From positions 512,001-576,000 of the forward strand of contig OY781066.1 of NCBI GenBank assembly GCA_963676395.1: 64,000 nt of DNA. Reading direction: 5' to 3'. Source of the stretch: a bacterium. GTDB taxonomy: Bacteria > Fidelibacterota > Fidelibacteria > Fidelibacterales > Fidelibacteraceae. The notes below the pieces were generated by a model. The model worked only from the letters and a program-made list of their open reading frames with translations. It was not told the DNA's origin and did no database searches. Shown piece after piece: positions 28,373 through 38,463 of the stretch. The first letter of the stretch is position 1. Each line of letters opens with the position of its first letter. A program made the position numbers and the translations under genes.

Positions 28373-28801
28373 ATGGATCACAAAAAATTTAAATCTCATT
28401 TTCAGGAATTTTTACGTTCTAAACGTAAAAATATTACTCCTGAGCGCATGGATATTCTTGCTGAAGTATTAAAACAAGAAAGTCATTTCAAAATTGATGA
28501 CATTATTGGAAAAATGGCCGAAGCAAAAAAACCGGTATCGCGTGCTACCGTTTATCGCACGATCAAAACAATTGAAGAAGCCGGACTAATCAAGTATATC
28601 CATAGCATAAACGACGAGAAATTTTATGAAGTCGAAGAAGATCATCACGACCACATGATCTGTGAGATATGCGGTAAGTTCATTGAATTTCATAATGACG
28701 AACTTGAAGCACTTCAAACCAGCATATGTAAATCCAAGGGATTTAAACCTTCTCGCCATACTATGAAAATCTTTGGAGTCTGCAAGAATTGTGATCAGTA
28801 A
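28373..28801 (+). CDS. fur: Fur-family transcriptional regulator
   Basis: SRATVYRT, HHDHMICEICG and CKNC motifs. Start placed at MDHKK, 1 nt after the feoB stop. Confidence 0.9.
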   Translation: MDHKKFKSHFQEFLRSKRKNITPERMDILAEVLKQESHFKIDDIIGKMAEAKKPVSRATVYRTIKTIEEAGLIKYIHSINDEKFYEVEEDHHDHMICEICGKFIEFHNDELEALQTSICKSKGFKPSRHTMKIFGVCKNCDQ

Positions 28802-28869
28802 TTCGTGGCATGAGGAATAAAGTCAATAATTTGAACAGCCCCTAAGTCATTCTCTTTTTATTTACCTAT

Positions 28870-28895
28870 AAAAAAAGCGGACCAATCGGTCCGCT
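28870..28895 (-). terminator. Intrinsic terminator, possibly bidirectional
   Basis: A7 run followed by AGCGGACC-aatc-GGTCCGCT between convergent fur and GHL10 genes. Confidence 0.8.
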
Positions 28896-28916
28896 CTACT
28901 TTGTTACTTTAACTTT

Positions 28917-31900
28917 TTACTTGAGTAAAGTCAGCTTTCTTGCACTTACCTCATTTCCAACAATCAACTTACAAATGTAAATACCCGAACTGAGATCATG
29001 GGCATTAAATACCACCTTGTGCTGGCCGGATTTTTGATAAGCATCATAAAGTGTTGTGATACATCTACCATTGAGATCATATATCTCAATACGTACATCC
29101 GCTGAACTTTTCATTGAATACGGGATAGTCGTAATAGGATTGAAGGGGTTAGGATAATTCGCCATCAAATAATAATCTTCAAGTTCAACACGATGATAGA
29201 TGGATGTTGGAATTGATGTAGCATCAAAACGATAAACACCAATACCGTTTTGGTTTCCAATTACAAAAATATCGAATTTACCGTTATCCCGTGCTCTTAC
29301 CTCAACATCACCCGATCCATTTCGGTTATGTGTTGTTCCCAGACTATAAGTTGCACCAACAAATGCAGCAGTACTTAAACCAGTGCTTGCGTCAACAATA
29401 TGCACGGATTCATCTTCTGAACTGTATGTGGCAATATATTGTTTACCATTATATGAAAAACTCTCAATGGAATTACCTCTCACAGGCATTGAAAAATTAC
29501 CCTGCATCCAGTCGATAAATTTACCTTCCTCAGAATAATGACACATATAATATGAGGTTGAGTTAACATAATATGAATCTGCTCCATCTGCGAAAGCCAC
29601 AGAAGGATTTTTGTAATTGTTCTTATCTAGAGTAATCAAAATCTCTTCAAATTTAGAATCGCTGGAATTCCAAACGATCTTCAATAATTTGTTGGTCTTG
29701 GCTCCTGCTGCAAAGATTTCAAGCGACTTATCATCCAAACGACCACGCACACTGATGTGATCTCCCAAACGATATGGAATATTATCGATCTGGTAAATCA
29801 ATGTCGGTGCTTCAAGAGGATTAGTCCATTGATATATCTTAAATTCTCCATTTTTGTCAGCACAATTCGATGCATAGATCACACCGTCTTCGGAGAACTC
29901 TATATCACGTAAAATATGTGTTCCGCCTTCGACACCATCAAGATTCAAATCAAAATTCAATTCCTGACCATCAGCAGCATTAACAGCAACGCATACTACA
30001 CTATCGCCATTACTCTGAAGAACAATAGCGATCTCATTCCCGAAATAATTACCAGCAGCAATAGCCGCGCCATCAAGATCCGGACTTAAATAATCGGGAT
30101 AATTTTGAGCAAGTCTTGAATTTTCCCAGATAGTTTCGACATGTATTTCCCCCGTCCTAAAGCTTGCGACTTCAGACCAACGTGTATATAGGTCTGATCT
30201 TACACGCCAATAATAGTGTGTAGTGGGCTCTAAGCTTGGAGCTTGATAAAGTGTATCATTGATACCACTGGCATCTACAAGGAGGTCTGACATGTCTGAT
30301 GTGGTCGAAATTTGAACCTCGTAGCTTGTAGATCCATTAAAATTTTTCCATAGTAATGTCGGCTCAAACGAAACACCCTGATATGCTGATAGAGGTGACA
30401 ACAATTCAACCTGAGGAGCAAGTTTTGTTTCAAATGACCAAACAGGTGACCAATATTGTTCATTATCGGCTTTCACGCGCCAATAATATTTTGTCGCATA
30501 ACCCAAGTTAACTGTCTCTAGGGTATCGTTAACACTCTTTTGAATAATAGGTGTATTAAAATTAACATTGTCGGAAATTTCCAAATAATATTGGGTAGCC
30601 CCAACTTTTGTCCTCCATTTTAATAGCGTATCCGGTTCCAAATTCTCACTAGCATAAGCGGGTGAAAACAAATCAACGAAATGGTGGTCAATATTAAAAA
30701 GTTCACTCTCATTGGAATAACGGTCAATGGATGTTACGCCATAATAATAAGAGCCGCTTGAGTTATCAGAGTATTCATTGTTTGCTCTCATCAGTACCGT
30801 TTGTGCCATACGCATATCATTTTTATCGATAGGATAAGGCGAACGATATACGACATAAGCATAAGCTGAATCTCTGGGATCTACATATGTTGGTGCATCC
30901 CAGCTTAAAGTTTTGGATCCGTCACCTTCAACCGCCAATTGAATATTTTCAGGACTTAAGGGCGGAAGTGAATCATGCCAAGTCATCACAGGCCATAAGG
31001 ATGGTGAACTATATAAATCGTATTTTAAACTATCAGCCACATGTTTAGAGTTATAATAAAAACTATGAGCAGTAAAGAATACCGATCCATCACAGTTTTC
31101 AGTCTGTCTATTTAAACGTACTTGATTAGGGATTTCTTCAGCAGCCCAATTACTCTCACGAACCCTATAGATAGCCTGCCCCGGATAAAAATGTCTACCG
31201 TAAGTACGGGCTTGTTCAGCCCACCAGGGAATCAGTTTCCCGTAATCTTGTCCTCCACCAAAGGGCCAATAACACTGAGGTGTAATATAGTCTACTGTTT
31301 TTTTCTGCAACCATGCAATCGGATCACAATATAAAACATTAAAAGCATTCATACCGGAAATACCGCTTGGTACACCGGGCTTCCAAATACCAAAAGGGGA
31401 AATTCCCCATTTAACCCAAGGCTTAACAGCATCAATTGAATCGGAAATCGTTTCAACCAACACATTTATATTATCTCTACGCCAATCATGAATATCTGTA
31501 AATCCCCGGGGATCAAGCGAAAATGTTGCAGAATCTTCTTGAACAATACCACTGTAAGGATAAAAGTAATCATCCATATGTAAACCATCAACATCATAGC
31601 GATTGACAATATCCATAAACACATTTGTTATATAATTTCTGACTTCAGGAAGACCCGGATCAAGGATATACACATCAGAAAATTTCAATATCCAATCCGG
31701 ATGCTGTTTTAAAACATGTTGAGAGGAAATATAATTGCTATCATTTACCTTACTTGGAGATTTTACGGCACGATATGGATTAACCCATGCATGTAACTCC
31801 ATACCCAACTTATGCGCTTCTTCTATGGCAAATTCCAAAGGATCCCAATCAGTACCGGGAGCTTTTCCTTGTTCACCGGTAAACCAATACGACCATGGTT

Positions 31901-32165
31901 CAATTGCTGATTTATACATAGCATCGCATTGAGGGCGAACTTGAAAAATAACCGAATTTACGCCGTTGTCTTTGAGTTTTAACAAATAGTTTTTTAAGTC
32001 AGTTTGTTTTTTTGATTCAGAATCATATCTTGAGCTTGGCCAATCAATGTTATCAACTGTAGACAACCATACACCGCGAAACTCACGCTTCGGAGGCATA
32101 TCCTTTGCAAAAAGGGCAGTTATAATTAGCACCGACACACAAAGTGCCACTATTTTGTTTTTCAT
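28917..32165 (-). CDS. GHL10 (DUF187/YddW-like) glycoside hydrolase with FN3 domains, an additional domain and a T9SS-type CTD
   Basis: REFRGVWLSTVDNIDWP, FQVRP, ELHAWVNPYR, DGLHMDDYFYPY, WRRDNIN and GISPFG; YYWRV FN3 repeats; ANYPNPFNP...KLTLLK. Confidence 0.92.
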   Translation of the reverse strand: MKNKIVALCVSVLIITALFAKDMPPKREFRGVWLSTVDNIDWPSSRYDSESKKQTDLKNYLLKLKDNGVNSVIFQVRPQCDAMYKSAIEPWSYWFTGEQGKAPGTDWDPLEFAIEEAHKLGMELHAWVNPYRAVKSPSKVNDSNYISSQHVLKQHPDWILKFSDVYILDPGLPEVRNYITNVFMDIVNRYDVDGLHMDDYFYPYSGIVQEDSATFSLDPRGFTDIHDWRRDNINVLVETISDSIDAVKPWVKWGISPFGIWKPGVPSGISGMNAFNVLYCDPIAWLQKKTVDYITPQCYWPFGGGQDYGKLIPWWAEQARTYGRHFYPGQAIYRVRESNWAAEEIPNQVRLNRQTENCDGSVFFTAHSFYYNSKHVADSLKYDLYSSPSLWPVMTWHDSLPPLSPENIQLAVEGDGSKTLSWDAPTYVDPRDSAYAYVVYRSPYPIDKNDMRMAQTVLMRANNEYSDNSSGSYYYGVTSIDRYSNESELFNIDHHFVDLFSPAYASENLEPDTLLKWRTKVGATQYYLEISDNVNFNTPIIQKSVNDTLETVNLGYATKYYWRVKADNEQYWSPVWSFETKLAPQVELLSPLSAYQGVSFEPTLLWKNFNGSTSYEVQISTTSDMSDLLVDASGINDTLYQAPSLEPTTHYYWRVRSDLYTRWSEVASFRTGEIHVETIWENSRLAQNYPDYLSPDLDGAAIAAGNYFGNEIAIVLQSNGDSVVCVAVNAADGQELNFDLNLDGVEGGTHILRDIEFSEDGVIYASNCADKNGEFKIYQWTNPLEAPTLIYQIDNIPYRLGDHISVRGRLDDKSLEIFAAGAKTNKLLKIVWNSSDSKFEEILITLDKNNYKNPSVAFADGADSYYVNSTSYYMCHYSEEGKFIDWMQGNFSMPVRGNSIESFSYNGKQYIATYSSEDESVHIVDASTGLSTAAFVGATYSLGTTHNRNGSGDVEVRARDNGKFDIFVIGNQNGIGVYRFDATSIPTSIYHRVELEDYYLMANYPNPFNPITTIPYSMKSSADVRIEIYDLNGRCITTLYDAYQKSGQHKVVFNAHDLSSGIYICKLIVGNEVSARKLTLLK

Positions 32166-32184
32166 TTTTTCCTTTCCGTATTAC

Positions 32185-33912
32185 TTATCGACTGAAAGTC
32201 CAGACAGGTGACCAGTTTTCAGCATTATTTGCTTTCACTCGCCAGTAGAAGTTCATGTTCCGGGGCAGTCGTTTATTCATTTGCTTTCTTGTTAGCAATT
32301 TTTCTTCGTAGATAATATCATCGAAATCCTTATCCAGTGCAACTTGAATATGGTAATTCTCAGCCTGCGGGTAACTTTGCCAAGCAAAGGGAACTAGCAA
32401 ACCTTTAGCTGAAGTTTGATATGCAGGTTTCAAGGGGGTAACAAAATCATTGGAAGCAAATTTTATTTTGCCTTCTTCTTTATAATGATTCAATGATGTC
32501 ATCGCATAAAACCATTGTTCATCAGTATTATCTACATACATATCTTTATTTCCCGGAACGACTTCCAGAATAGACGTATTTTCGTTGATCAGTTTTGGAG
32601 ATTTTGAACGATATATAACATAACCCCAAGCTTCGGAATTCTCTTCCCATGATATCAATACTTCATTTGCATATTTTCTTTCCGCAAATGAACCGGGAGT
32701 TTTAACCTTCTTGCCTTTTTGATGTTTATAAGTAGGCCATAAAGCTTTATTCTTGTAAAGATCCAGTTGTAAAGAATCCATGGTATTCTTGGGATTAGCA
32801 AAGAAATTGTTTGCTGTAAAATATACAGACCCCTGACATCCATCGGTATCACGGTTTAATCTAATCTGTCTGGGAATTTCGCCCCGCGAAAATTTTTCGC
32901 TACCCGCATGAAACATTGCCTGACCGGGATAAAAATGACGGTTTGCTTTCTTGGCTTCTTTTGACCAATAAGGAATTAACTTAGCGTAATCCTGACCGCC
33001 ACCATGTGGCCAGTAGCATTGCGGGGTAATATAGTCTACCGTACCGGCTTTTAGCCAAGCAATGGGATCACAATATAGCACAGCCCAGGCATCAAACCCC
33101 TTAATACCTTCGGGAATTCCCGGGCGGTAAATACCAAAAGGAGAAATACCCCATTTAACCCAAGGTTTGATTTTATCAATACTATCAGATACTCTTTTAA
33201 CTAGAATATTAATATTATCTCGACGCCAGTCATCAATATCTTTAAAACCACGATTTTCATTTACAAAAGTCAAAGAATCTTCGTTTGTAATTTTTTGGTA
33301 GGGATAAAAATAATCATCCATGTGAAGGCCATCAATATCATAACGTGTAACAATATCCATAAAGACATTATAAATATAATCGCGTACTTCAGCTTTACCC
33401 GGATCTAAAATATATACCGAAGAAAACTTCAACAGCCATTCCGGATGTTTTTTTGCCACATGTTCATCGTTCATATAAAAGGATGAATCCATCATTGCAG
33501 GCTTATGCACGGCCCTATAAGGATTAACCCATGCATGTAATTCCATGCCGCGCTTGTGCGCTTCGCGAATAGCAAAATCCAGCGGATCCCAAAGAGAATC
33601 GGCAGTCGGCCCTTGACCTTGTGTCCCGCTAAACCAGTACGACCATGGTTCTATCTCGGACTTATACATTGCATCACAAGCAGGACGAACCTGAAATAAT
33701 ACGGCATTCACACCATTGGCTTTTAAAGTATCCATATATGTTACAAGGTCTGCCTGTTTTTTGGCTTCTGAATCCCGTTTATCAACCGGCCAATCAATAT
33801 TGGCAACAGTTGATAGCCAAACACCTCTAAACTCCTGCTTGGGCGCTTCAGTTTTTTGCGCAAAAACAAAAACTGTTATGCAAGTAAGTATAAGCGCGAG
33901 TATTTTTCTCAT
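32185..33912 (-). CDS. GHL10 (DUF187/YddW-like) glycoside hydrolase paralog without CTD
   Basis: Same catalytic motifs as the neighbour; signal peptide; ends after an FN3 domain (WSPVWTFSR). Confidence 0.92.
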   Translation of the reverse strand: MRKILALILTCITVFVFAQKTEAPKQEFRGVWLSTVANIDWPVDKRDSEAKKQADLVTYMDTLKANGVNAVLFQVRPACDAMYKSEIEPWSYWFSGTQGQGPTADSLWDPLDFAIREAHKRGMELHAWVNPYRAVHKPAMMDSSFYMNDEHVAKKHPEWLLKFSSVYILDPGKAEVRDYIYNVFMDIVTRYDIDGLHMDDYFYPYQKITNEDSLTFVNENRGFKDIDDWRRDNINILVKRVSDSIDKIKPWVKWGISPFGIYRPGIPEGIKGFDAWAVLYCDPIAWLKAGTVDYITPQCYWPHGGGQDYAKLIPYWSKEAKKANRHFYPGQAMFHAGSEKFSRGEIPRQIRLNRDTDGCQGSVYFTANNFFANPKNTMDSLQLDLYKNKALWPTYKHQKGKKVKTPGSFAERKYANEVLISWEENSEAWGYVIYRSKSPKLINENTSILEVVPGNKDMYVDNTDEQWFYAMTSLNHYKEEGKIKFASNDFVTPLKPAYQTSAKGLLVPFAWQSYPQAENYHIQVALDKDFDDIIYEEKLLTRKQMNKRLPRNMNFYWRVKANNAENWSPVWTFSR

Positions 33913-33920
33913 TATCTTTC

Positions 33921-34421
33921 CTATGTTTTCAAGTATTCTACGATTCGATTCACATCTTTCATATTAATGTGATTCTTATCTTTCATCATATCGTCTTTTT
34001 GTTTAGGGTCCTTTATCATTTTATCTAACATCTTGAACATAAATGCATCAAAACCTTTGTATTCGGAGATGACCTGTCGTCCGCCTAAGCCGAATAACTG
34101 CTCTTTTTTTAGTTCAAGAAAACCTAAGTTCTCTTCAATAACACCTTGATAATAATCTTGGTGTTCAACGGGAGCACCACCGACACAAATGACAGCTTTT
34201 ACCTTAGGCTTAATGATATTTCTATTACTTTTCACCCAAGACTTGAGTCCCATTTTACCTATGCGAACATTTGAGATCAATACAATAGCATCAGTCCCTT
34301 TAAGTTCATTTCTTTTAACACGTTTATAGGCTTTAGCAACCCAGTTCATATCCTGAGCCAGTTTTTCAGCATAATTCTTTGCTGAACCGTATTTAGAACA
34401 ATAAACAACCATAGAAGACAT
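33921..34421 (-). CDS. Flavodoxin-like (HemG-type) protein
   Basis: VVYCSKYGSAKNYAE FMN-binding loop. Confidence 0.8.
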   Translation of the reverse strand: MSSMVVYCSKYGSAKNYAEKLAQDMNWVAKAYKRVKRNELKGTDAIVLISNVRIGKMGLKSWVKSNRNIIKPKVKAVICVGGAPVEHQDYYQGVIEENLGFLELKKEQLFGLGGRQVISEYKGFDAFMFKMLDKMIKDPKQKDDMMKDKNHINMKDVNRIVEYLKT

Positions 34422-34435
34422 ATATTACCTCATGT

Positions 34436-36334
34436 TTATTCAGCTAAACTTTCAAAACCCTGTTTCTTCATGTTAAAATATATGATCACAACAGAAATAA
34501 TGGATAAGCAAAAATACATGACAGCCGACCACCATTCCAAGAAAAAGACCTTTCCAAGACCAAAAAGAAACGAGTAAATAAATACTACACCTGCACCCCA
34601 TGAAAGGAACATACGACCAAAACCGGTATCGCTTTTTACCTCGGGAAGTTGCGAGGAAACTTTTTTCCAGCCCCAACCACCGGGATGTACTTTTTTGTAG
34701 AATTTTTTAAGTGTTTTCTCATCTGCCGGTTTTGTTAGAAATGTCACAACAACCCAAACAAGTGTTGTACCAAAAATGGTAGGATACAACGTCATCGGTG
34801 ATTCCAATCCACATGCTCTGGCAATAGGGTAAATGATAAGCGGAGCGATCATGGCAGCAATCTCTGACCATGCGTTTACTCTCCACCACCACCAACGAAG
34901 AATGAGTACAAGTCCCAGACCCGCTGAAGCATTAATAATAAATTCCCATGCACCCGAAATGGTCGTTAGCAAATAACGTGTAACAAAAAGTGAAATGATG
35001 ATCATCAACAACATGGTTAATCTCGAAATCATCACATAATGCTTTTCATCTGCCTTCTTTTTAATAAAACGACGATAGAAGTCATTGATCATATATGAGG
35101 TACCCCAGTTCAACTGAGAGGATATTGTGGACATATAAGCCGCAAGAAATACGGCAATCAAAAGTCCCAATAAACCTTTAGGCAGATAACGAACCATAAG
35201 CTTAGGATACATACGACCCGGATCAACCGTATTCTCATATGTCTCATAAAATTGTACGAATTCTGCTGTTTGATAATCTTCATCATTCATCAAAAGTGAA
35301 GGATTATCGAATGCTTGTTCCGCCATCACGTACATTTGAGGATTCTGCTGTTGCAATTGAGCAGGATCTTCTGCTCGTGGTAAAATAACCAATGCAGACA
35401 ATGCAACAAGGATCCACGGCCAGGGACGAATTGTATAATGAGCGATAGTAAACCATAATGTAGCAAAAAGACTATGTTTTTCATCTTTAGCTGACATCAT
35501 ACGTTGTGCAACATAACCGCCACCACCGGGATCGGCACCGGGATACCAGGTTCCCCACCATTGCAAACCTATATGTGCTATAAAAGCCCCTACCGTCAGC
35601 GCCATCGCACCCCCGGTAACACCCTTAGCCGTTACATTCCCAATACGCGGTACAAATTCTATAAGTTCGGGACGTAATTTCATTTTTAGTGATGCCAAGC
35701 CGCCAACTTCAGGTAGCTTTACAACAATAATTGCCAGCACAATACAACCTGCAATGGCAAATAAAAACTGAAAAGAATCAGTTCTGGATGTACCTACCAA
35801 ACCAGAAGCGGAAGCATAAATGGCAATAATCACCGCTGTAATACAAACCAAAAGAAATGGATCTACTTGCGGTACTGTTACCACAAAAATCTTTTCCATC
35901 GCTTTATGCACCCAGCCTAGAATAATCACATTCATGAACAGACCCAGATAAATTGCTCGAAAACCTCGGAGGAAAGCAGCATTTTTTCCGGAATATCTAA
36001 ATTCTACAAATTCCACATCGGTCATCACTCCCGAACGACGCCACAATCTGGCAAAAAAGAATACCGTCAACATAGCACCAATGGCCATATTCCACCATAA
36101 CCAGTTACCGGCAATACCATTCTTGGCTACCAACTCAGTAACAGCCAATGGGGTATCTGCTGCAAAAGTCGTAGCAACCATTGCAGTCCCCGCTAACCAC
36201 CAGGGCAAGTTTCGCCCAGATAGAAAAAACTGATCGGTTCCTTGTGATGCTTTACGAGAATAGTACGCTGCAATTCCAAAGATCACGCTAAAAAACAAGA
36301 TGATAACAGAGAAATCCAACCAATGTAAATTCAT
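34436..36334 (-). CDS. Sodium:solute symporter family protein
   Basis: FFLSGRNLPWWLAGTAMVATTFAADTP, GGGGYVAQRM and AAYMSTISSQLNWG motifs. Confidence 0.95.
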   Translation of the reverse strand: MNLHWLDFSVIILFFSVIFGIAAYYSRKASQGTDQFFLSGRNLPWWLAGTAMVATTFAADTPLAVTELVAKNGIAGNWLWWNMAIGAMLTVFFFARLWRRSGVMTDVEFVEFRYSGKNAAFLRGFRAIYLGLFMNVIILGWVHKAMEKIFVVTVPQVDPFLLVCITAVIIAIYASASGLVGTSRTDSFQFLFAIAGCIVLAIIVVKLPEVGGLASLKMKLRPELIEFVPRIGNVTAKGVTGGAMALTVGAFIAHIGLQWWGTWYPGADPGGGGYVAQRMMSAKDEKHSLFATLWFTIAHYTIRPWPWILVALSALVILPRAEDPAQLQQQNPQMYVMAEQAFDNPSLLMNDEDYQTAEFVQFYETYENTVDPGRMYPKLMVRYLPKGLLGLLIAVFLAAYMSTISSQLNWGTSYMINDFYRRFIKKKADEKHYVMISRLTMLLMIIISLFVTRYLLTTISGAWEFIINASAGLGLVLILRWWWWRVNAWSEIAAMIAPLIIYPIARACGLESPMTLYPTIFGTTLVWVVVTFLTKPADEKTLKKFYKKVHPGGWGWKKVSSQLPEVKSDTGFGRMFLSWGAGVVFIYSFLFGLGKVFFLEWWSAVMYFCLSIISVVIIYFNMKKQGFESLAE

Positions 36335-36441
36335 GTTTCACTCCTCACATGATTAATATATTTTCACTCCGAATTGTAATTAAAAAAAGACTTAAAAGCA
36401 AAAGAGAATATGCTTTATTGAAACTATTTCTTCATATAAAT

Positions 36442-36469
36442 GCAAGGGACAGGCATGCCTGTCCCTTGC
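36442..36469. repeat. Perfect 28-bp palindrome (REP-like; may also terminate the lipoprotein gene)
   Basis: GCAAGGGACAGGCA|TGCCTGTCCCTTGC; a related degenerate copy lies near 2897-2931. Confidence 0.75.
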
Positions 36470-36491
36470 GATCTTTTTTTATATAGATCTA

Positions 36492-37496
36492 TTATTCTTC
36501 AACACTATCAAAAAATGTATTAAACTCGTCTCTAAATTCAGTGTCAATATATTTCTGAATATGTTCTATAGCATGTAGTTCGGCATTATATCGATCTAAA
36601 GACCCCTCTCTCCCCTGTTCATAGATAGACAATAAGGTCTGTTTTTTCCAATCACGCATTTTGATATCAAAATCCCAAGCGACAAAAACCAGCATATCCT
36701 GATGGATATCTATCTCTTTCATATCCGAATGATAATTCACGGTCATCATCGCAGTACCCTCAAGTACTTTAAAACCATTATCATTAATAACTTTTGCAAT
36801 TGCCTGTTTTACATGTTTATTCGGAGATTTTATTGAACGAATATTAAAAGAGATCAAATCAGCCGTCTTACTTTTCATCTTAGCCAATGCTTCCATGCTG
36901 TACTTCATCTTCAAGCTCATGCCAGGTGCCAATACATCTAACTGCTCTTGCATCATGGTTTCTTTAGCTGCACTTAACCAAGCCGCATTTAAATGACGAT
37001 ATTTTTCAATGACATCAAGGCTGGCATTTGAAGCCTTTACATGGAAATTTATACTTTCTTCCAGCCGCTCTAATCTATTCATTAATATGTTTGCCGTTTT
37101 ATCTCTTTCAAGATACGCCACAGTAAAATACAAACCGCGTTTTTCTCTTACCGGATCCATATACCGGACATTCACTAAGTTTTGTTCTGAAATAAATTTT
37201 GTAAACTCAGTCGAAAACTCGTAATAACTTTCATGCAGATCCATGTTATCCGAATCAGATATAGATTCATAACGTTCTAGCACATCTTTTTCTACAGATA
37301 CCTTTGTCCCAAATATTCTTGAAAGCTCAACAATTGCATCTTCAACAGCCTTTTCCGGTGTAATACCATAACCTTTAGCAAGAAGGTATTCACTCTCAGG
37401 GAAAAAATTATCTTTTTCAGTGTACCATTTTGGCATAGAACTTGAACAAGAATAGACAAGAATGATGACTGCCAATAATACGAGAATTCGTTTCAT
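36492..37496 (-). CDS. Lipoprotein, LPP20-like
   Basis: Lipobox VYSC; PKWY...YLLAKGYG...A...A...LSRIFGTKV. Confidence 0.65.
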   Translation of the reverse strand: MKRILVLLAVIILVYSCSSSMPKWYTEKDNFFPESEYLLAKGYGITPEKAVEDAIVELSRIFGTKVSVEKDVLERYESISDSDNMDLHESYYEFSTEFTKFISEQNLVNVRYMDPVREKRGLYFTVAYLERDKTANILMNRLERLEESINFHVKASNASLDVIEKYRHLNAAWLSAAKETMMQEQLDVLAPGMSLKMKYSMEALAKMKSKTADLISFNIRSIKSPNKHVKQAIAKVINDNGFKVLEGTAMMTVNYHSDMKEIDIHQDMLVFVAWDFDIKMRDWKKQTLLSIYEQGREGSLDRYNAELHAIEHIQKYIDTEFRDEFNTFFDSVEE

Positions 37497-37784
37497 ATTT
37501 AAACCTTTATCAATGATTTGCTTTCTATATACTACCTTAATTTGCGTTTTTTAGTCTGCATTCGCAAATGCTAATTAAGTTGAAGACTAAATTGTTCCTT
37601 GCTTTCACCAGGATAAACTTTTGTATTATAATAAAAAATATATCAATCCTTTGAACTAGACACTATGATTTACTCCATCACAACTCACCATAAACATATA
37701 AGGATAGCTCTTGAGATACCATTGATTAAGCTATTGTTCAACACAAATTTTCTTCTTATTATTTATCAATAATTTGGAGATAAA

Positions 37785-38363
37785 ATGAAAACCGGCATAA
37801 GCAGACAAGAAGCTCAAGTCTTATTAGATAAATATTTACATACCGAATACTTACGACGTCACTCCCGGGAATCCGAAGTGATCATGCAAGCCCTTGCCAA
37901 GAAGCTGGACAAAAATGAAGAGTTTTGGGGAATATGCGGACTACTTCATGACTTAGACCTTGATGATATTGGTGGTGACATGAGTCGTCATGGTGATCGA
38001 ACGGTTGAAATACTAAAAGAGCATGGCTACGACATTCCTGAATTATTCCAAGCTATCCTGGCCCATGTCGAAGGTGTAGAAGGACATAATTATAAGCGCG
38101 TATCAAAGCTTGATTATATTCTTTCCGGAGCCGAAAGTATAACCGGATTAATTACTGCTTACGTTATTCTAAGACCTGATAAAAAACTTGAGGGTGTTAA
38201 GACGAAATCGGTTATGAAAAAATTTAAATCTCCCGCCTTTGCAGCAAAGGTTAGTCGTGAGTTGATCCATGATGCGGCCAAGCACTCGGGAATGGAACTA
38301 AATGAATTCATTAGTTTATCTATCGAGGCAATGACCGGCATCTCGGATGAATTAGGCATGTAA
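37785..38363 (+). CDS. HDIG/HD-domain hydrolase
   Basis: LRRHSRE, GLLHDLD, HG, AILAH, ITGLI and KKFKSPAFAAKVSR motifs. Confidence 0.88.
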   Translation: MKTGISRQEAQVLLDKYLHTEYLRRHSRESEVIMQALAKKLDKNEEFWGICGLLHDLDLDDIGGDMSRHGDRTVEILKEHGYDIPELFQAILAHVEGVEGHNYKRVSKLDYILSGAESITGLITAYVILRPDKKLEGVKTKSVMKKFKSPAFAAKVSRELIHDAAKHSGMELNEFISLSIEAMTGISDELGM

Positions 38364-38410
38364 AAACGTCAAGCACCTCTTTTTCACAAAACCAAATAAT
38401 ATTTAGATAT

Positions 38411-38440
38411 AAAAAAGACGGATCATAAGATCCGCCTTTT
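38411..38440. terminator. Bidirectional intrinsic terminator
   Basis: AAAAAAGACGGATC-ataa-GATCCGCCTTTT between convergent genes. Confidence 0.8.
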
Positions 38441-38463
38441 AACTTATCAGCATATAATAATGT

